Assembly (NCBI GenBank): GCA_918272565.1
Contig: CAKJYW010000002.1
Coordinates: 44,266-108,265, forward strand
DNA length: 64,000 nt
Direction: 5' to 3'
From: Bacilli bacterium
GTDB lineage: Bacteria; Bacillota_I; Bacilli_A; ML615J-28; CAG-698
The notes under the pieces were generated by a model, which saw only the letters and a program-made list of their open reading frames with translations, was not told where the DNA came from and did no database searches. A program made the position numbers and the translations under genes. Positions 9,637 to 18,707 of this stretch are shown here, in pieces (position 1 is the first letter of the stretch; each line of letters starts with the position of its first letter).

Positions 9637-10214
9637 GATAAGGCCTCACGTAAATAATTAGGCTCTACTTCGTGAATATTATCTACCTTATTTTTAGCTA
9701 TTTCTAATATCACTTTAGCATCATATTTATAATTATCTTCTGTTATTAGCGTAATACCTTTATCTAAGTTATCGATAAATTCTTCTTTTAGAATAAATTT
9801 ATCGTCTTGTAGAGTTTCTAACTTTCCACCATTAACTTTAATAATCTTAGAATAGATATAATCACGTTTAGCAGTATTAGTAATAGCATAGGTGCCATCA
9901 TTATTAAAATAGCCACTACCTAAAATATCAAGGCTACTAATAGTGTACAAAGGAATATCTTTAGCCCAACTAAACATCTTACAAATAGTTAAAGCAACTC
10001 TTAAGCCAGTGTATGACCCTGGTCCAATACCACAGATAATTCTTTCTAGGCTACCTACTTCCATATTAAGTTTATTTAGCCCATCACTAATTAGATCCAT
10101 GATTTTTTCTGAATGGTTGTTTCTTCCTTCTAGAACTACACTATAGTCTTTTTCCCCATTAGTTAAAAACAAATATAAATAATTACTTGATGTATCTAAT
10201 ATTAAATATTTCAT
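9633..10214 (-). CDS. tsaB: tRNA threonylcarbamoyladenosine biosynthesis protein TsaB (YeaZ)
   Basis: MKYLILDTSS...GIGPGSYTGLRVAL; inactive Kae1 paralog in the tsaE-tsaB-rimI-tsaD cluster. Confidence 0.8.
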   Translation of the reverse strand: MKYLILDTSSNYLYLFLTNGEKDYSVVLEGRNNHSEKIMDLISDGLNKLNMEVGSLERIICGIGPGSYTGLRVALTICKMFSWAKDIPLYTISSLDILGSGYFNNDGTYAITNTAKRDYIYSKIIKVNGGKLETLQDDKFILKEEFIDNLDKGITLITEDNYKYDAKVILEIAKNKVDNIHEVEPNYLREALS

Positions 10215-10681
10215 TATTTAGCTACCTCACTTAATAATTCTAAATATTCACTATTACCTTTTATACTTTCATCAACTTCTAAAGTAATCTTTCTAGTTGA
10301 TGAATCGATATATGATATTGTGATTAAGATAAAGTTCTTAGGAAGTATCGCACTTACCTGATGTGCCCACTCGATAACAGTTACGCCACCTGCTTCAAAA
10401 TATTCTTCTAGGTATTCGTCTCCGCTATCGTTATTAAGGCGATATACATCCATATGATATAAAGTGAGATTTCCTTCATAGATCTTAAGAATCGTAAATG
10501 TTGGGCTATTAACGACTCTATTTACACCTAGTGCCTTAGCAATCCCCTTAGTTAAAGTAGTCTTACCAGCACCTAAGTCGCCTTCCATTAATATAACCAT
10601 GTTCTCTTTTAAGTAGCGACCGATAGACTCACCAAATAAAACCATTTCGTCACTACTATTTATAATCCTAACTAATTCCAT
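10214..10681 (-). CDS. tsaE: tRNA threonylcarbamoyladenosine biosynthesis ATPase TsaE (YjeE)
   Basis: Walker A GDLGAGKTTLTKGIAKALGV; 155 aa. Confidence 0.8.
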   Translation of the reverse strand: MELVRIINSSDEMVLFGESIGRYLKENMVILMEGDLGAGKTTLTKGIAKALGVNRVVNSPTFTILKIYEGNLTLYHMDVYRLNNDSGDEYLEEYFEAGGVTVIEWAHQVSAILPKNFILITISYIDSSTRKITLEVDESIKGNSEYLELLSEVAK

Positions 10682-10718
10682 AATTTCACCACTTGAAAAA
10701 TAAGACTTATAAAAAGTC

Positions 10719-11174
10719 TTATTTTAATTCAATATAACTTTCTAACCAAGCCTTAAAAGCCTCTAAGTTTCTAAAGCATTCAGTATCATCATCGCTTGAA
10801 GTATCTAAGAAATCAACGATTTTTCCATTTTTAAAAATCACAACAGATGGAGAATATTTGACAGTTTTCTTTAAAGTTGATCCTTTTTCCATACTATCAT
10901 ATGGTAGTGACAAAATCTCTAGATTAGTGTCTTCTAGATAGTCATCTAATATTTTTCTTAGTTCGTCACAAGTTGTGCATCCGTCTAAGAAAATATAAAG
11001 CAAGAAATTATCTTTATTATTAATCCTACTGTTAACTTCTTCGATATCTACTTCTGTGATTCCCTTGTTTTCTAGCTCATAGAACTCATCATTTAAATAG
11101 AATTTCTCTTGTTCCCCACATCCAACAAGTAAACATCCAATAACCAAAAGAGCAAACACTAATACTCTTTTCAT
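10719..11174 (-). CDS. Thioredoxin-fold lipoprotein (CxxC = CTTC)
   Basis: Lipobox LLVGCGEQ. Thioredoxin-like pattern FLLYIFLDGCTTCDEL...SPSVVIFKNGK. Confidence 0.45.
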   Translation of the reverse strand: MKRVLVFALLVIGCLLVGCGEQEKFYLNDEFYELENKGITEVDIEEVNSRINNKDNFLLYIFLDGCTTCDELRKILDDYLEDTNLEILSLPYDSMEKGSTLKKTVKYSPSVVIFKNGKIVDFLDTSSDDDTECFRNLEAFKAWLESYIELK

Positions 11175-11184
11175 AAATTACTCC

Positions 11185-11847
11185 TTATTTTTTAGTTAAT
11201 TTATCGAATTCGATTTCGTGATAAGCAACTTTATAGAAGTCGTAAACTACTTCGCCACTTGCTAGTGTACGTTTAGTAATTACGTTATTATTTCCTTCGT
11301 AATAAGAATAACCACCAATGTTATAAAGCTTATTTGCATCCCATCCTAAAGCAACTAGCATTGCTTTTGTCATTCCAGCATATCCACCAGCACCGCACAT
11401 GATAAAGATAACTTTATCTTTAGGGAACAAGTATTCTAAGATTTCCATTGATTCAACGTAATTTGCTACATAGTTACCATTACCGTCTTGAGTAAATAGG
11501 GTAGGTCCAGTGTATGATTCACCGATTTCAGCAGGTAAGCCCATTACATTAACTAGAAGTGGATAAGGTACGACTTCAAATCCTTTAACAAATCCATTTA
11601 AGTGACTATCAAGACCAATTGCTTCATAGTTTGCAGGATCTTTTAACATTCTAACATCACGGTAAACAGCATCGCTTCTACCTAAATACTCATCAATTGT
11701 TGCTTCATTGATATTCTTATCAATTCCAAATTGTTCGCCTCTTATACCACTATCAAGTTCAGGTGCTGGTAACTTCTTTAATCCACTACCACATCCAACT
11801 AATGCTAGTGATAAAACCATTATTAAAACTAAAACTATTTTTTTCAT
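11185..11847 (-). CDS. Lipoprotein with a C-terminal rhodanese-like domain
   Basis: Probable true start is the internal Met (MKKIVLVLIMVLSLALVGCGSG lipobox); the 30-codon N-terminal extension in the ORF track overlaps the pgi 3' end. C-terminal VIFIMCGAGGYAGMTKAMLVALGWDANKLYNIGGYSYY fits the rhodanese active-site loop and GG..W pattern. Confidence 0.4.
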   Translation of the reverse strand: MKKIVLVLIMVLSLALVGCGSGLKKLPAPELDSGIRGEQFGIDKNINEATIDEYLGRSDAVYRDVRMLKDPANYEAIGLDSHLNGFVKGFEVVPYPLLVNVMGLPAEIGESYTGPTLFTQDGNGNYVANYVESMEILEYLFPKDKVIFIMCGAGGYAGMTKAMLVALGWDANKLYNIGGYSYYEGNNNVITKRTLASGEVVYDFYKVAYHEIEFDKLTKK

Positions 11848-11857
11848 ATTAATCCTC

Positions 11858-13147
11858 TTATTTCTTAGGTTTACCAAGTAAACTAAACATTTCTTTCTTG
11901 TAGGCTTCAACACCTTCTTGGTTAAATGGATTGACATCTAAGATGTATCCACTTACACCACAGCTAGCCATAAAGAAATATACTAGGTAACCAAAATTAT
12001 ATTCATTTAATTCGTCTATGTTAATAATAGCATTAGGAACCCCACCCTCTACATGAGCGATAGCTGTTGCAAGGAGCGCTTGTTTATTAACATAATCTAG
12101 TTTTTTACCAAACAAGTAATTAAGATTATCTCTATTTTCTTCATCGAAAGAATTTACGATATCAAATTTAGGTTTATTTATATTAATTACTGTTTCGAAT
12201 AATATTCTTTTTCCATCTTGAACATATTGACCCATTGAATGAAGGTCAGTTGAATATATTACACTTGCAGGGAAAAGACCTTTTCCTTCTTTTCCTTCGC
12301 TTTCACCAAACAGTTGCTTCCACCACTCTTCTAAATAGCGAAGCTTTTCTTCATAAGAAACTAAGATTTCAATTTCTTTCCCTTTGTTTAATAGAGCATT
12401 ACGAACTGATGCATATTTCATAGGTCCATTTTGTTCAAATTCATCATCTTTAAAATCATTGTATGAATCTAGCGCACCTTTAAGAATTTCTTTAACATCA
12501 TAACCCTTAAACGCTAGAGGTAGGACCCCAACAGCAGTTAGTACTGAGTAACGTCCGCCGATGTCTGCTGGGATGAAGTATTCTTCGAAACCTTCAACTT
12601 GAGCCATCTCATGTAGTGAGCTACCTACGTTACTAGTGACTGCGATAATCCTCCTATTATAATCTTTACCATATTTTTTCTTTAAGAGGTTCTTTAAGAA
12701 TCTAAAACTGATTGCAGTTTCAGTTGTAGAACCTGATTTAGAAATACAAACAACACTGAAATCTTTATCTTTTAAATAATCCAAAGTTTCACTCATCTCA
12801 GTTGAAGAGAAACTTTTACCAACATATATTATTTTATATTCGTTTGCGTCATAATAATCACTTAAGAAAGCATCACAGGCCTTAGTTCCTAAATAACTAC
12901 CACCGATACCTGCTACAACCAAAATCTTTGATAGACTTCTCAAGCGATTAGCACTATCAATAATAGCGTTAACTTCATCTTCTTTAATTAAACTAGGCCA
13001 CTTAACCCAACCAACAAAGTCATTCCCTTTACCAGTTTTGTTAAGTAATTTAGTTCTTGCATCATTTGCTTTTTCTTTAAATGAATTAATTTCATCTTCA
13101 GATACGAACTTTAAAACATTTGAGTAATAATAATTAACGCACTTCAT
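11858..13147 (-). CDS. pgi: Glucose-6-phosphate isomerase
   Basis: Gram-positive-type PGI, 429 aa; contains LFGESEGKEGKGLFPASVIYSTDLHSMGQYVQDGKR. Confidence 0.9.
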   Translation of the reverse strand: MKCVNYYYSNVLKFVSEDEINSFKEKANDARTKLLNKTGKGNDFVGWVKWPSLIKEDEVNAIIDSANRLRSLSKILVVAGIGGSYLGTKACDAFLSDYYDANEYKIIYVGKSFSSTEMSETLDYLKDKDFSVVCISKSGSTTETAISFRFLKNLLKKKYGKDYNRRIIAVTSNVGSSLHEMAQVEGFEEYFIPADIGGRYSVLTAVGVLPLAFKGYDVKEILKGALDSYNDFKDDEFEQNGPMKYASVRNALLNKGKEIEILVSYEEKLRYLEEWWKQLFGESEGKEGKGLFPASVIYSTDLHSMGQYVQDGKRILFETVININKPKFDIVNSFDEENRDNLNYLFGKKLDYVNKQALLATAIAHVEGGVPNAIINIDELNEYNFGYLVYFFMASCGVSGYILDVNPFNQEGVEAYKKEMFSLLGKPKK

Positions 13148-13497
13148 TAGTATCTCTCCCCAAACTTTTTATCACCTAGTTGTTTAGAAATAAAACCAGG
13201 CATTGCTTTTTTTAATGTTTGAAAACCAATTTCATATTTTGGAACTTCGCCCTTAACACCACGGCTTTTATTAATTGCTTTGTAACTTAAGCGTAACTTC
13301 TTCTCTTTATCATCAACATCAAGTACTTTTAGTTTTACTTTTTGCCCTACTGATACATATTCATGAATGTCTCTAACAAAATTATCAGAAAACTCAGATA
13401 TGTGGATTAAACCATCATATTCTTTAACAGTGACAAAAGCCCCATAGCCTAAAATGCTAGTGACTTTTCCATAAACGATCTCACCTTTTTTGACCAT
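13147..13497 (-). CDS. S1 RNA-binding domain protein (YugI/GSP13-like)
   Basis: GEIVYGKVTSILGYGAFVTVKEYDGLIHISEF S1 OB-fold signature; 116 aa. Confidence 0.7.
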   Translation of the reverse strand: MVKKGEIVYGKVTSILGYGAFVTVKEYDGLIHISEFSDNFVRDIHEYVSVGQKVKLKVLDVDDKEKKLRLSYKAINKSRGVKGEVPKYEIGFQTLKKAMPGFISKQLGDKKFGERY

Positions 13498-13564
13498 TAT
13501 TTACTACCTCTAATATGTGCTTATTATAACACAAAAGATAAAAAAAGTATATTACAACACTTTT

Positions 13565-14389
13565 TTAGTCAAATCGCTTCCTATAGCTGCACCTTTTACA
13601 AAGAGCGCTAATTGCCTTGCCTTCTTTAAAACCATTGTGAATTGCTTTGAACTTTTCACTGTTTATTACATCGCCTAAATCATCTTTAAAGATATTACCA
13701 AGTACTTCAGCACCACTAGAATCAAGGCAACAAGGAACGATATCACCACTAGCAAGGATTCCTATATGAGTAAATGTTCCTTTACATTTACCATCGTCAC
13801 TTACAAAATCATTATTCAAACTAGGCCAAACAAATTCTTCGTCGAAAGAAAGAAATGTTTTATCCATGATTTTCTTTTTGTTATAATCTAAAACTTTGCC
13901 TAACTTTTCTCCTAAATAACTAAAGATATAATTATTTACTTCATCATCTTTAATCCAAAGTCTTAACTGAATATAGATCTTTTTATCTATTTGGTTATCT
14001 AAAATGAACCGAGATATACCATCTAGGTATTTTTCTTTGTCTTTGCTCAGTACATAAGGAAGAGCATGGGCGGAAATATTCACTTGACGAACGCAAGGGG
14101 AATTAAGCAAAACATCACTAAATTCAGGGAGTAAAGTAGCGTTTGTTGTGAGGTTAACATTGATTTTTGCCTTATTACATTCCTCTAAAATAGCCAAAAA
14201 ATCCTTATGAAAAAGGGGTTCACCCTTGATATGAAGGTATATATAATCAGTGTAATCTTTGATTTTTGATAGCACTATTTTAAATTCTTCTAGTGTCATT
14301 TGTCTTTTTTTCACACTATCATTAGAACAAAAAAGGCAATGCATGTTACACATGTTGCCTATTTCAACATATATTCTTTTGAATCTCAT
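13565..14389 (-). CDS. Radical SAM protein with C-terminal SPASM/twitch-like Cys cluster
   Basis: CNMHCLFC (CxxxCxxC) at the N-terminus; C-terminal CCLDSSG...CKRCSY auxiliary-cluster cysteines; 274 aa. Confidence 0.6.
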   Translation of the reverse strand: MRFKRIYVEIGNMCNMHCLFCSNDSVKKRQMTLEEFKIVLSKIKDYTDYIYLHIKGEPLFHKDFLAILEECNKAKINVNLTTNATLLPEFSDVLLNSPCVRQVNISAHALPYVLSKDKEKYLDGISRFILDNQIDKKIYIQLRLWIKDDEVNNYIFSYLGEKLGKVLDYNKKKIMDKTFLSFDEEFVWPSLNNDFVSDDGKCKGTFTHIGILASGDIVPCCLDSSGAEVLGNIFKDDLGDVINSEKFKAIHNGFKEGKAISALCKRCSYRKRFD

Positions 14390-14787
14390 TTCTTCTGTTC
14401 CCTTACTGTTGGGCTAGCACTAAACACTAAAACAAGCGCTCCAACAAACGATAAAGTCTTAGCCACAATTAGATTTCTTAAAAACCAAATCGCTAAAATT
14501 GAACCAACTCCACCAAGGTATGCTAGTAATATCTTTATTAATAATAACTTCTTATTATACACACCTGATGTGATTTCTCTAACAAATGCTCCTGTTGGAA
14601 TGATCAAAAATAGTACGGCTATAATGATAATATATCGATAAATATATTTAGTGATTAGCAGTTCTTCATCTTCAATGTCTTTAACATTGATAAAGAATAC
14701 TGCTAAAACTAGTAACACAATACTAATGATCATTGAAGCATAATAGAAATATTTACCAAAATTTTGTTTCTTATCCAAGGTTCTCAA
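14386..14787 (-). CDS. Small integral membrane protein (4 predicted TM helices), function unknown
   Basis: Hydrophobic segments throughout. Its 3' end overlaps the radical SAM start and its 5' end overlaps the nifU-like gene by a few nt (translational coupling). Confidence 0.4.
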   Translation of the reverse strand: MRTLDKKQNFGKYFYYASMIISIVLLVLAVFFINVKDIEDEELLITKYIYRYIIIIAVLFLIIPTGAFVREITSGVYNKKLLLIKILLAYLGGVGSILAIWFLRNLIVAKTLSFVGALVLVFSASPTVREQKK

Positions 14788-15010
14788 CTCCTATAATTCC
14801 TGGAACTTCTTCTAATAATAGTGATTCGATTCCATCTTTTAATGTAACATCAATACTAGAACAACCAGCACAAGCGCCAAGCATTCTAACATAAACGATT
14901 CCGTTTTCGATTCTAACGAATTCAACATCACCACCATCTCTAACAAGATATGGTCTGATTTTATCAATTATCTTTTTACATAACTTTTCTTGTTCTTCTA
15001 AATTCATCAT
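14771..15010 (-). CDS. NifU/Nfu-type Fe-S cluster carrier domain protein
   Basis: MLGACAGCSSIDVTLKDGIE NifU C-terminal-domain CxxC motif; 79 aa. Confidence 0.7.
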   Translation of the reverse strand: MMNLEEQEKLCKKIIDKIRPYLVRDGGDVEFVRIENGIVYVRMLGACAGCSSIDVTLKDGIESLLLEEVPGIIGVENLG

Positions 15011-15081
15011 GATTTCTACCTCTTTTATCTTAGATATTATAATATAAACACTTTAAAAAGTCCATTAAATTGCTTTCGTTA

Positions 15082-16110
15082 TTACAATTGCTTTTTCACA
15101 AATTCAACAAATCTTGGAAGAATTATTCGACATTTCCCGTATTCAGTGCCTTCAATAATTCCTCTTTTAATTAATCTATCTCTATAAACAGAATATTCTT
15201 TAATTGTTAGATTAGTATTTGTCATAATGGTACTAGCATCTAACAGATCATCATTAAAGACTTTCAAAAACATCTTTTCTTTTTCAGGTAAACCACTCCA
15301 AATTTTAGCGTAAACATAGATAGACATATATTTATCAAATTCATCAATTAGATCTTCTATTTTTCCATATTTACTAAACAAGAAACCAGCAACCTGGTAA
15401 GCAAAAGCATAACCTTTAGTTAAGTTTGCTAGTGAAAATAGTTCTTCTTTTGAAGCATCACTAAAAATCTTTTGATATTCTATTTCAATTAAATTCAAAT
15501 CAAGGGGAACAAGTTCAATTTTAGGAGCACGATAAAGGAAAGTAAGATTTTTGTTATTTTGCAAAGAATTTACGTTTTCATATAATCCAGTCATTAGAGT
15601 AAAAACTGGATAATCATTCCTTAAAAACCCTTGAAAATCATGAGCGAAAGCTCTCATATATGAATTATTTGATGCTTCATCAATAGTAAACAAAACTCTT
15701 TTATCATTCTTCTTAACAACATCAAGCATTTTTTCAATAATTGTTTTTACATTAGATACAGGCTCTTTACCCTCAATTGAGATACCTAATCCATGAAAAG
15801 AAAACGAAAATGTCTTAGATAAAAATAGATACTTAGAATTTCTATTTTCATATAAGCCTGATGCTATTTGTTCTAATATATCCCTATCAGGATTAATGTC
15901 AATCAGTATCCACTTTTTATCTTTCTTAATATCGTTTGATATATCATTAAGCAAAACAGTTTTTCCAGATCCTCTTACTCCACATATAATGTATATATGT
16001 GATAAAGGATAATCTAATGTAAAATCATCGTACACTTGCTTTTTTAAAAAATCTCTATTGATATAACTTGTTGGGGAAAGACCAAAAGTAACTGAGAAAT
16101 TATTGTTCAT
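15082..16110 (-). CDS. AAA+ ATPase, archaeal-ATPase-like (Arch_ATPase/AAA_16-type) with probable C-terminal winged helix
   Basis: Walker A ICGVRGSGKTVLLND; Walker B-like VLFTIDEAS; 342 aa. Confidence 0.45.
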   Translation of the reverse strand: MNNNFSVTFGLSPTSYINRDFLKKQVYDDFTLDYPLSHIYIICGVRGSGKTVLLNDISNDIKKDKKWILIDINPDRDILEQIASGLYENRNSKYLFLSKTFSFSFHGLGISIEGKEPVSNVKTIIEKMLDVVKKNDKRVLFTIDEASNNSYMRAFAHDFQGFLRNDYPVFTLMTGLYENVNSLQNNKNLTFLYRAPKIELVPLDLNLIEIEYQKIFSDASKEELFSLANLTKGYAFAYQVAGFLFSKYGKIEDLIDEFDKYMSIYVYAKIWSGLPEKEKMFLKVFNDDLLDASTIMTNTNLTIKEYSVYRDRLIKRGIIEGTEYGKCRIILPRFVEFVKKQL

Positions 16111-16120
16111 ATGTGCCTCC

Positions 16121-16200
16121 TGTTAGACTTCATTTTTTGTTAGGTTTGTTAGGTCTGTTAGACTTCATTTTTTGTTAGGTCTGTTAGGTTTGTTAGACTT
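16121..16200. repeat. Tandem array of about eight 9-bp TGTTAG(G/A)(T/C)(T/C) units, including a duplicated 36-bp block
   Basis: tgttagacttcattttttgttaggtttgttaggtc repeated twice plus partial copies, directly upstream of the ATPase gene start (16110, minus strand). Confidence 0.5.
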
Positions 16201-16257
16201 TACAATAAAATTATATAGTACACAATAATATTTGTCAACAAAAAAAGTCATAATTTC

Positions 16258-17412
16258 TTATGACTTTCTTAGTAGAACTATAGCTTCAGCCACAACCGCC
16301 TTGCTTTCCCCAACATCTCCTACTTTTTCTCCTCTAGTTGCTTTAACATTAATTTTGTAACTAGGAACTTCAAGTAATTTAGAAATGTTATCTACCATAT
16401 CATGAATATAGGGACGCATCATTGGTCTTTCTATATATATAGTAGAATCTAGGTTAACAATGGTGTAGCCTGCTTTATCTAACATCTTTTTAGCATTTTT
16501 TAGAAAAATGCTAGATGAGGCATCTTTATATTTATCATCATTATCAGGAAAATGGGTTCCAATATCTCCCTTAGCTAGCGCTCCAATTATTGCTTCAGTT
16601 ATTGCATGAAGAAGTGCATCACCATCAGAGTGCGCAACAATCCTATATTCACAAGGAATCTTAACTCCACCTAAAGTTATTGCATCTCCACAATCTAAGC
16701 GATGTGTATCTTTTGATTGACCAACTAAATAGTCATTATTAAATCCAATCAAAGCATTAACTAATTCAAAATCATTCTCAGTTGTCACTTTAATGTTATT
16801 AGTCTCTGTTTGAATTAGTAAAGGATTGATATTGAAATAGAATTCTACAGCACTAACATCATCAGTAAATTCGATGTTTTCTTTTCTTGATCTAATTAAT
16901 GCTTTTAAAAGTAAATCAGTTTTTGATCCTTGAGGTGTCTTCATCGCCATTAAGTTGTGTCTTTCAACAACCCTATTTCTTGTTCCTGTTACTCTTCTAA
17001 CACTATCGTTTACTTTAGAAACTAAAGAAACTAAAGGATAATCCTTTAATCCATCTAAGACATTAGTGATGTCTTTTACAGATATTATAGGACGAGCACC
17101 ATCATGAACTAAAACATATTCACTAACCGCATTAACAAGACCATTATAGACGCTTTCGCTTCTAGCATTTCCCCCTTCAACAAACTCTATTCTTTTATCA
17201 CTAACTAAAGAATTAATGGTTTCAACCATTTTTTCTTTTTCTTCTTTTCTAACTACAACAATCAATTTTTGTAAATTATCAAAAGATAAGAACTTAACTA
17301 GTGAATAATAGAGCAGAGGTTTACCATTAACTTCGTATAAGACCTTATTATAGCCTAAACCGGCTCTAGTTGAAGAGCCGGCAGCAAGTACTATTGCATC
17401 AAATTCAATCAT
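16258..17412 (-). CDS. ispDF: Bifunctional 2-C-methyl-D-erythritol 4-phosphate cytidylyltransferase / 2-C-methyl-D-erythritol 2,4-cyclodiphosphate synthase (IspDF)
   Basis: N-terminal IspD motif AIVLAAGSSTRAG. C-terminal IspF segment HSDGDALLHAITEAIIGALAKGDIGTHFPDND. 384 aa, equal to the sum of both enzymes. Confidence 0.85.
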   Translation of the reverse strand: MIEFDAIVLAAGSSTRAGLGYNKVLYEVNGKPLLYYSLVKFLSFDNLQKLIVVVRKEEKEKMVETINSLVSDKRIEFVEGGNARSESVYNGLVNAVSEYVLVHDGARPIISVKDITNVLDGLKDYPLVSLVSKVNDSVRRVTGTRNRVVERHNLMAMKTPQGSKTDLLLKALIRSRKENIEFTDDVSAVEFYFNINPLLIQTETNNIKVTTENDFELVNALIGFNNDYLVGQSKDTHRLDCGDAITLGGVKIPCEYRIVAHSDGDALLHAITEAIIGALAKGDIGTHFPDNDDKYKDASSSIFLKNAKKMLDKAGYTIVNLDSTIYIERPMMRPYIHDMVDNISKLLEVPSYKINVKATRGEKVGDVGESKAVVAEAIVLLRKS

Positions 17413-17426
17413 AAATAAATCTTTTC

Positions 17427-18698
17427 TTATAGATTCTCTAAGAACTTATTACTTAAGTCAACTTTGCACTTTTCGAATTCAAGGTCGTTATTCTTTAGAG
17501 CATTTAAGTCATACTCAAAGTATCTACATTCTTTGTTTGTAGCGATGTATAAAGCTAAGCGACCAGCTTCAACATATTCTAATGAATTCTTTTCGCTAAC
17601 ACTTTCAGAATGAACAAATCCTAATACGTTAGTAACAAAGTACTTCTTTCCTTCGTAATCTGTTTCAAGTTCTAATAATTCAGAGTTCTTGCTCTTAACC
17701 ATGTGGATGTTATCACGATAAACATCAACATCAGTTGTTAAGATACAATATTCTCTACTACTAATCTTATAGATTGAATCGTTTTGTTTGAATAAATCTT
17801 TTTGAACACTTCTTAAGTAGTTTTCGATAACTGCATTTGCAGCTTCTTTACCTAAGTGTTTGATCAAGTTTTGGTTGTTAGTTACAAGAATTAAAGTCAT
17901 ACCAAATTCTTCACCAACAGAGATTAATCTTGATAATTCAAGTTCTAAGTCGTTACGATCGAAGATAGCTTCTGGATTAATTTGTTCTTTATGGAATGTA
18001 GCGATAACATCATCTTTTTCAAGATGTTTAACTTCTTCAAACCATATAATTCCGCTATTAGTTCTTAAACGATAACGATATTTAGCTTTAGCGCTTTTTT
18101 GTTTTAATAAGCCTTCATAAACATTGCTATCATCTTCAACAATAAAGTTCTTATATTCATCAACTGAAAGAGTTCTTGATTTAATATCGATTAACTCTCT
18201 CATTCCTTTTGTTAAGTGATATCCATTGATTCTTGCATCATAGAATCCTAGAGGTTCATCGATTGTATCTAAGTACTTATCAAATGCAAAAGTGAATTCA
18301 ACTTTTGGCGCAACTTCTGGAACTACTTCTTCCTCTGGTTGTTCTTCTTCACCTTCTGCTTCTTCTTTCTTAGATAGTCTTACAGCAAGAATAATCCAAT
18401 CAGCCACAAGCACTAAGAAATATAGGATTGTGGCAAAAAGAATCCAAGTTAAGTCTTGACGGCCTTCCCAATAGATAACATATCCTAGTAAACCTGCAAT
18501 AAAGTGAATTAATATCGCAAGTAGGGCTGATGCAAACATGAAGAATTCAAGGAAGAATATCTTCTTTTTCTTAGCAATCATCAAAACAAATAATAAAACG
18601 AACAAAACAGAAATTCCAATAACTAATAACAAATAGTTTTTGTTAATAAAGCTAATTATTGGGTTCAAAATGCTATTAATGTCAAAACTCAAAATCAT
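17427..18698 (-). CDS. Membrane protein (about 4 N-terminal TM helices, acidic linker) with a C-terminal degenerate GGDEF-like / nucleotide-cyclase-fold domain; sits in the CdaR position after cdaA
   Basis: The C-terminal segment TLILVTNNQNLIKHLGKEAANAVIENYLRSVQKDLFKQNDSIYKISSREYCILT aligns with the GGDEF pattern L.D.D.FK.IND..GH..GD..L...A..L......D...R.GGDEF..LL, but the GGDEF signature is replaced by SSREY. Confidence 0.3.
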   Translation of the reverse strand: MILSFDINSILNPIISFINKNYLLLVIGISVLFVLLFVLMIAKKKKIFFLEFFMFASALLAILIHFIAGLLGYVIYWEGRQDLTWILFATILYFLVLVADWIILAVRLSKKEEAEGEEEQPEEEVVPEVAPKVEFTFAFDKYLDTIDEPLGFYDARINGYHLTKGMRELIDIKSRTLSVDEYKNFIVEDDSNVYEGLLKQKSAKAKYRYRLRTNSGIIWFEEVKHLEKDDVIATFHKEQINPEAIFDRNDLELELSRLISVGEEFGMTLILVTNNQNLIKHLGKEAANAVIENYLRSVQKDLFKQNDSIYKISSREYCILTTDVDVYRDNIHMVKSKNSELLELETDYEGKKYFVTNVLGFVHSESVSEKNSLEYVEAGRLALYIATNKECRYFEYDLNALKNNDLEFEKCKVDLSNKFLENL

Positions 18699-18707
18699 AT
18701 TTGCCTC

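Noticed and set aside
11848-11937. N-terminal 30-codon extension of the rhodanese-like lipoprotein ORF. Similar upstream extensions occur for hflX (24379-24429), lplA (41765-41821), DUF3737 (46562-46693) and paralog 3 (54679-54690)
   Set aside because: The extensions overlap upstream genes or lack an RBS. Internal Met codons give canonical N-termini (lipobox signal peptide, conserved family starts).
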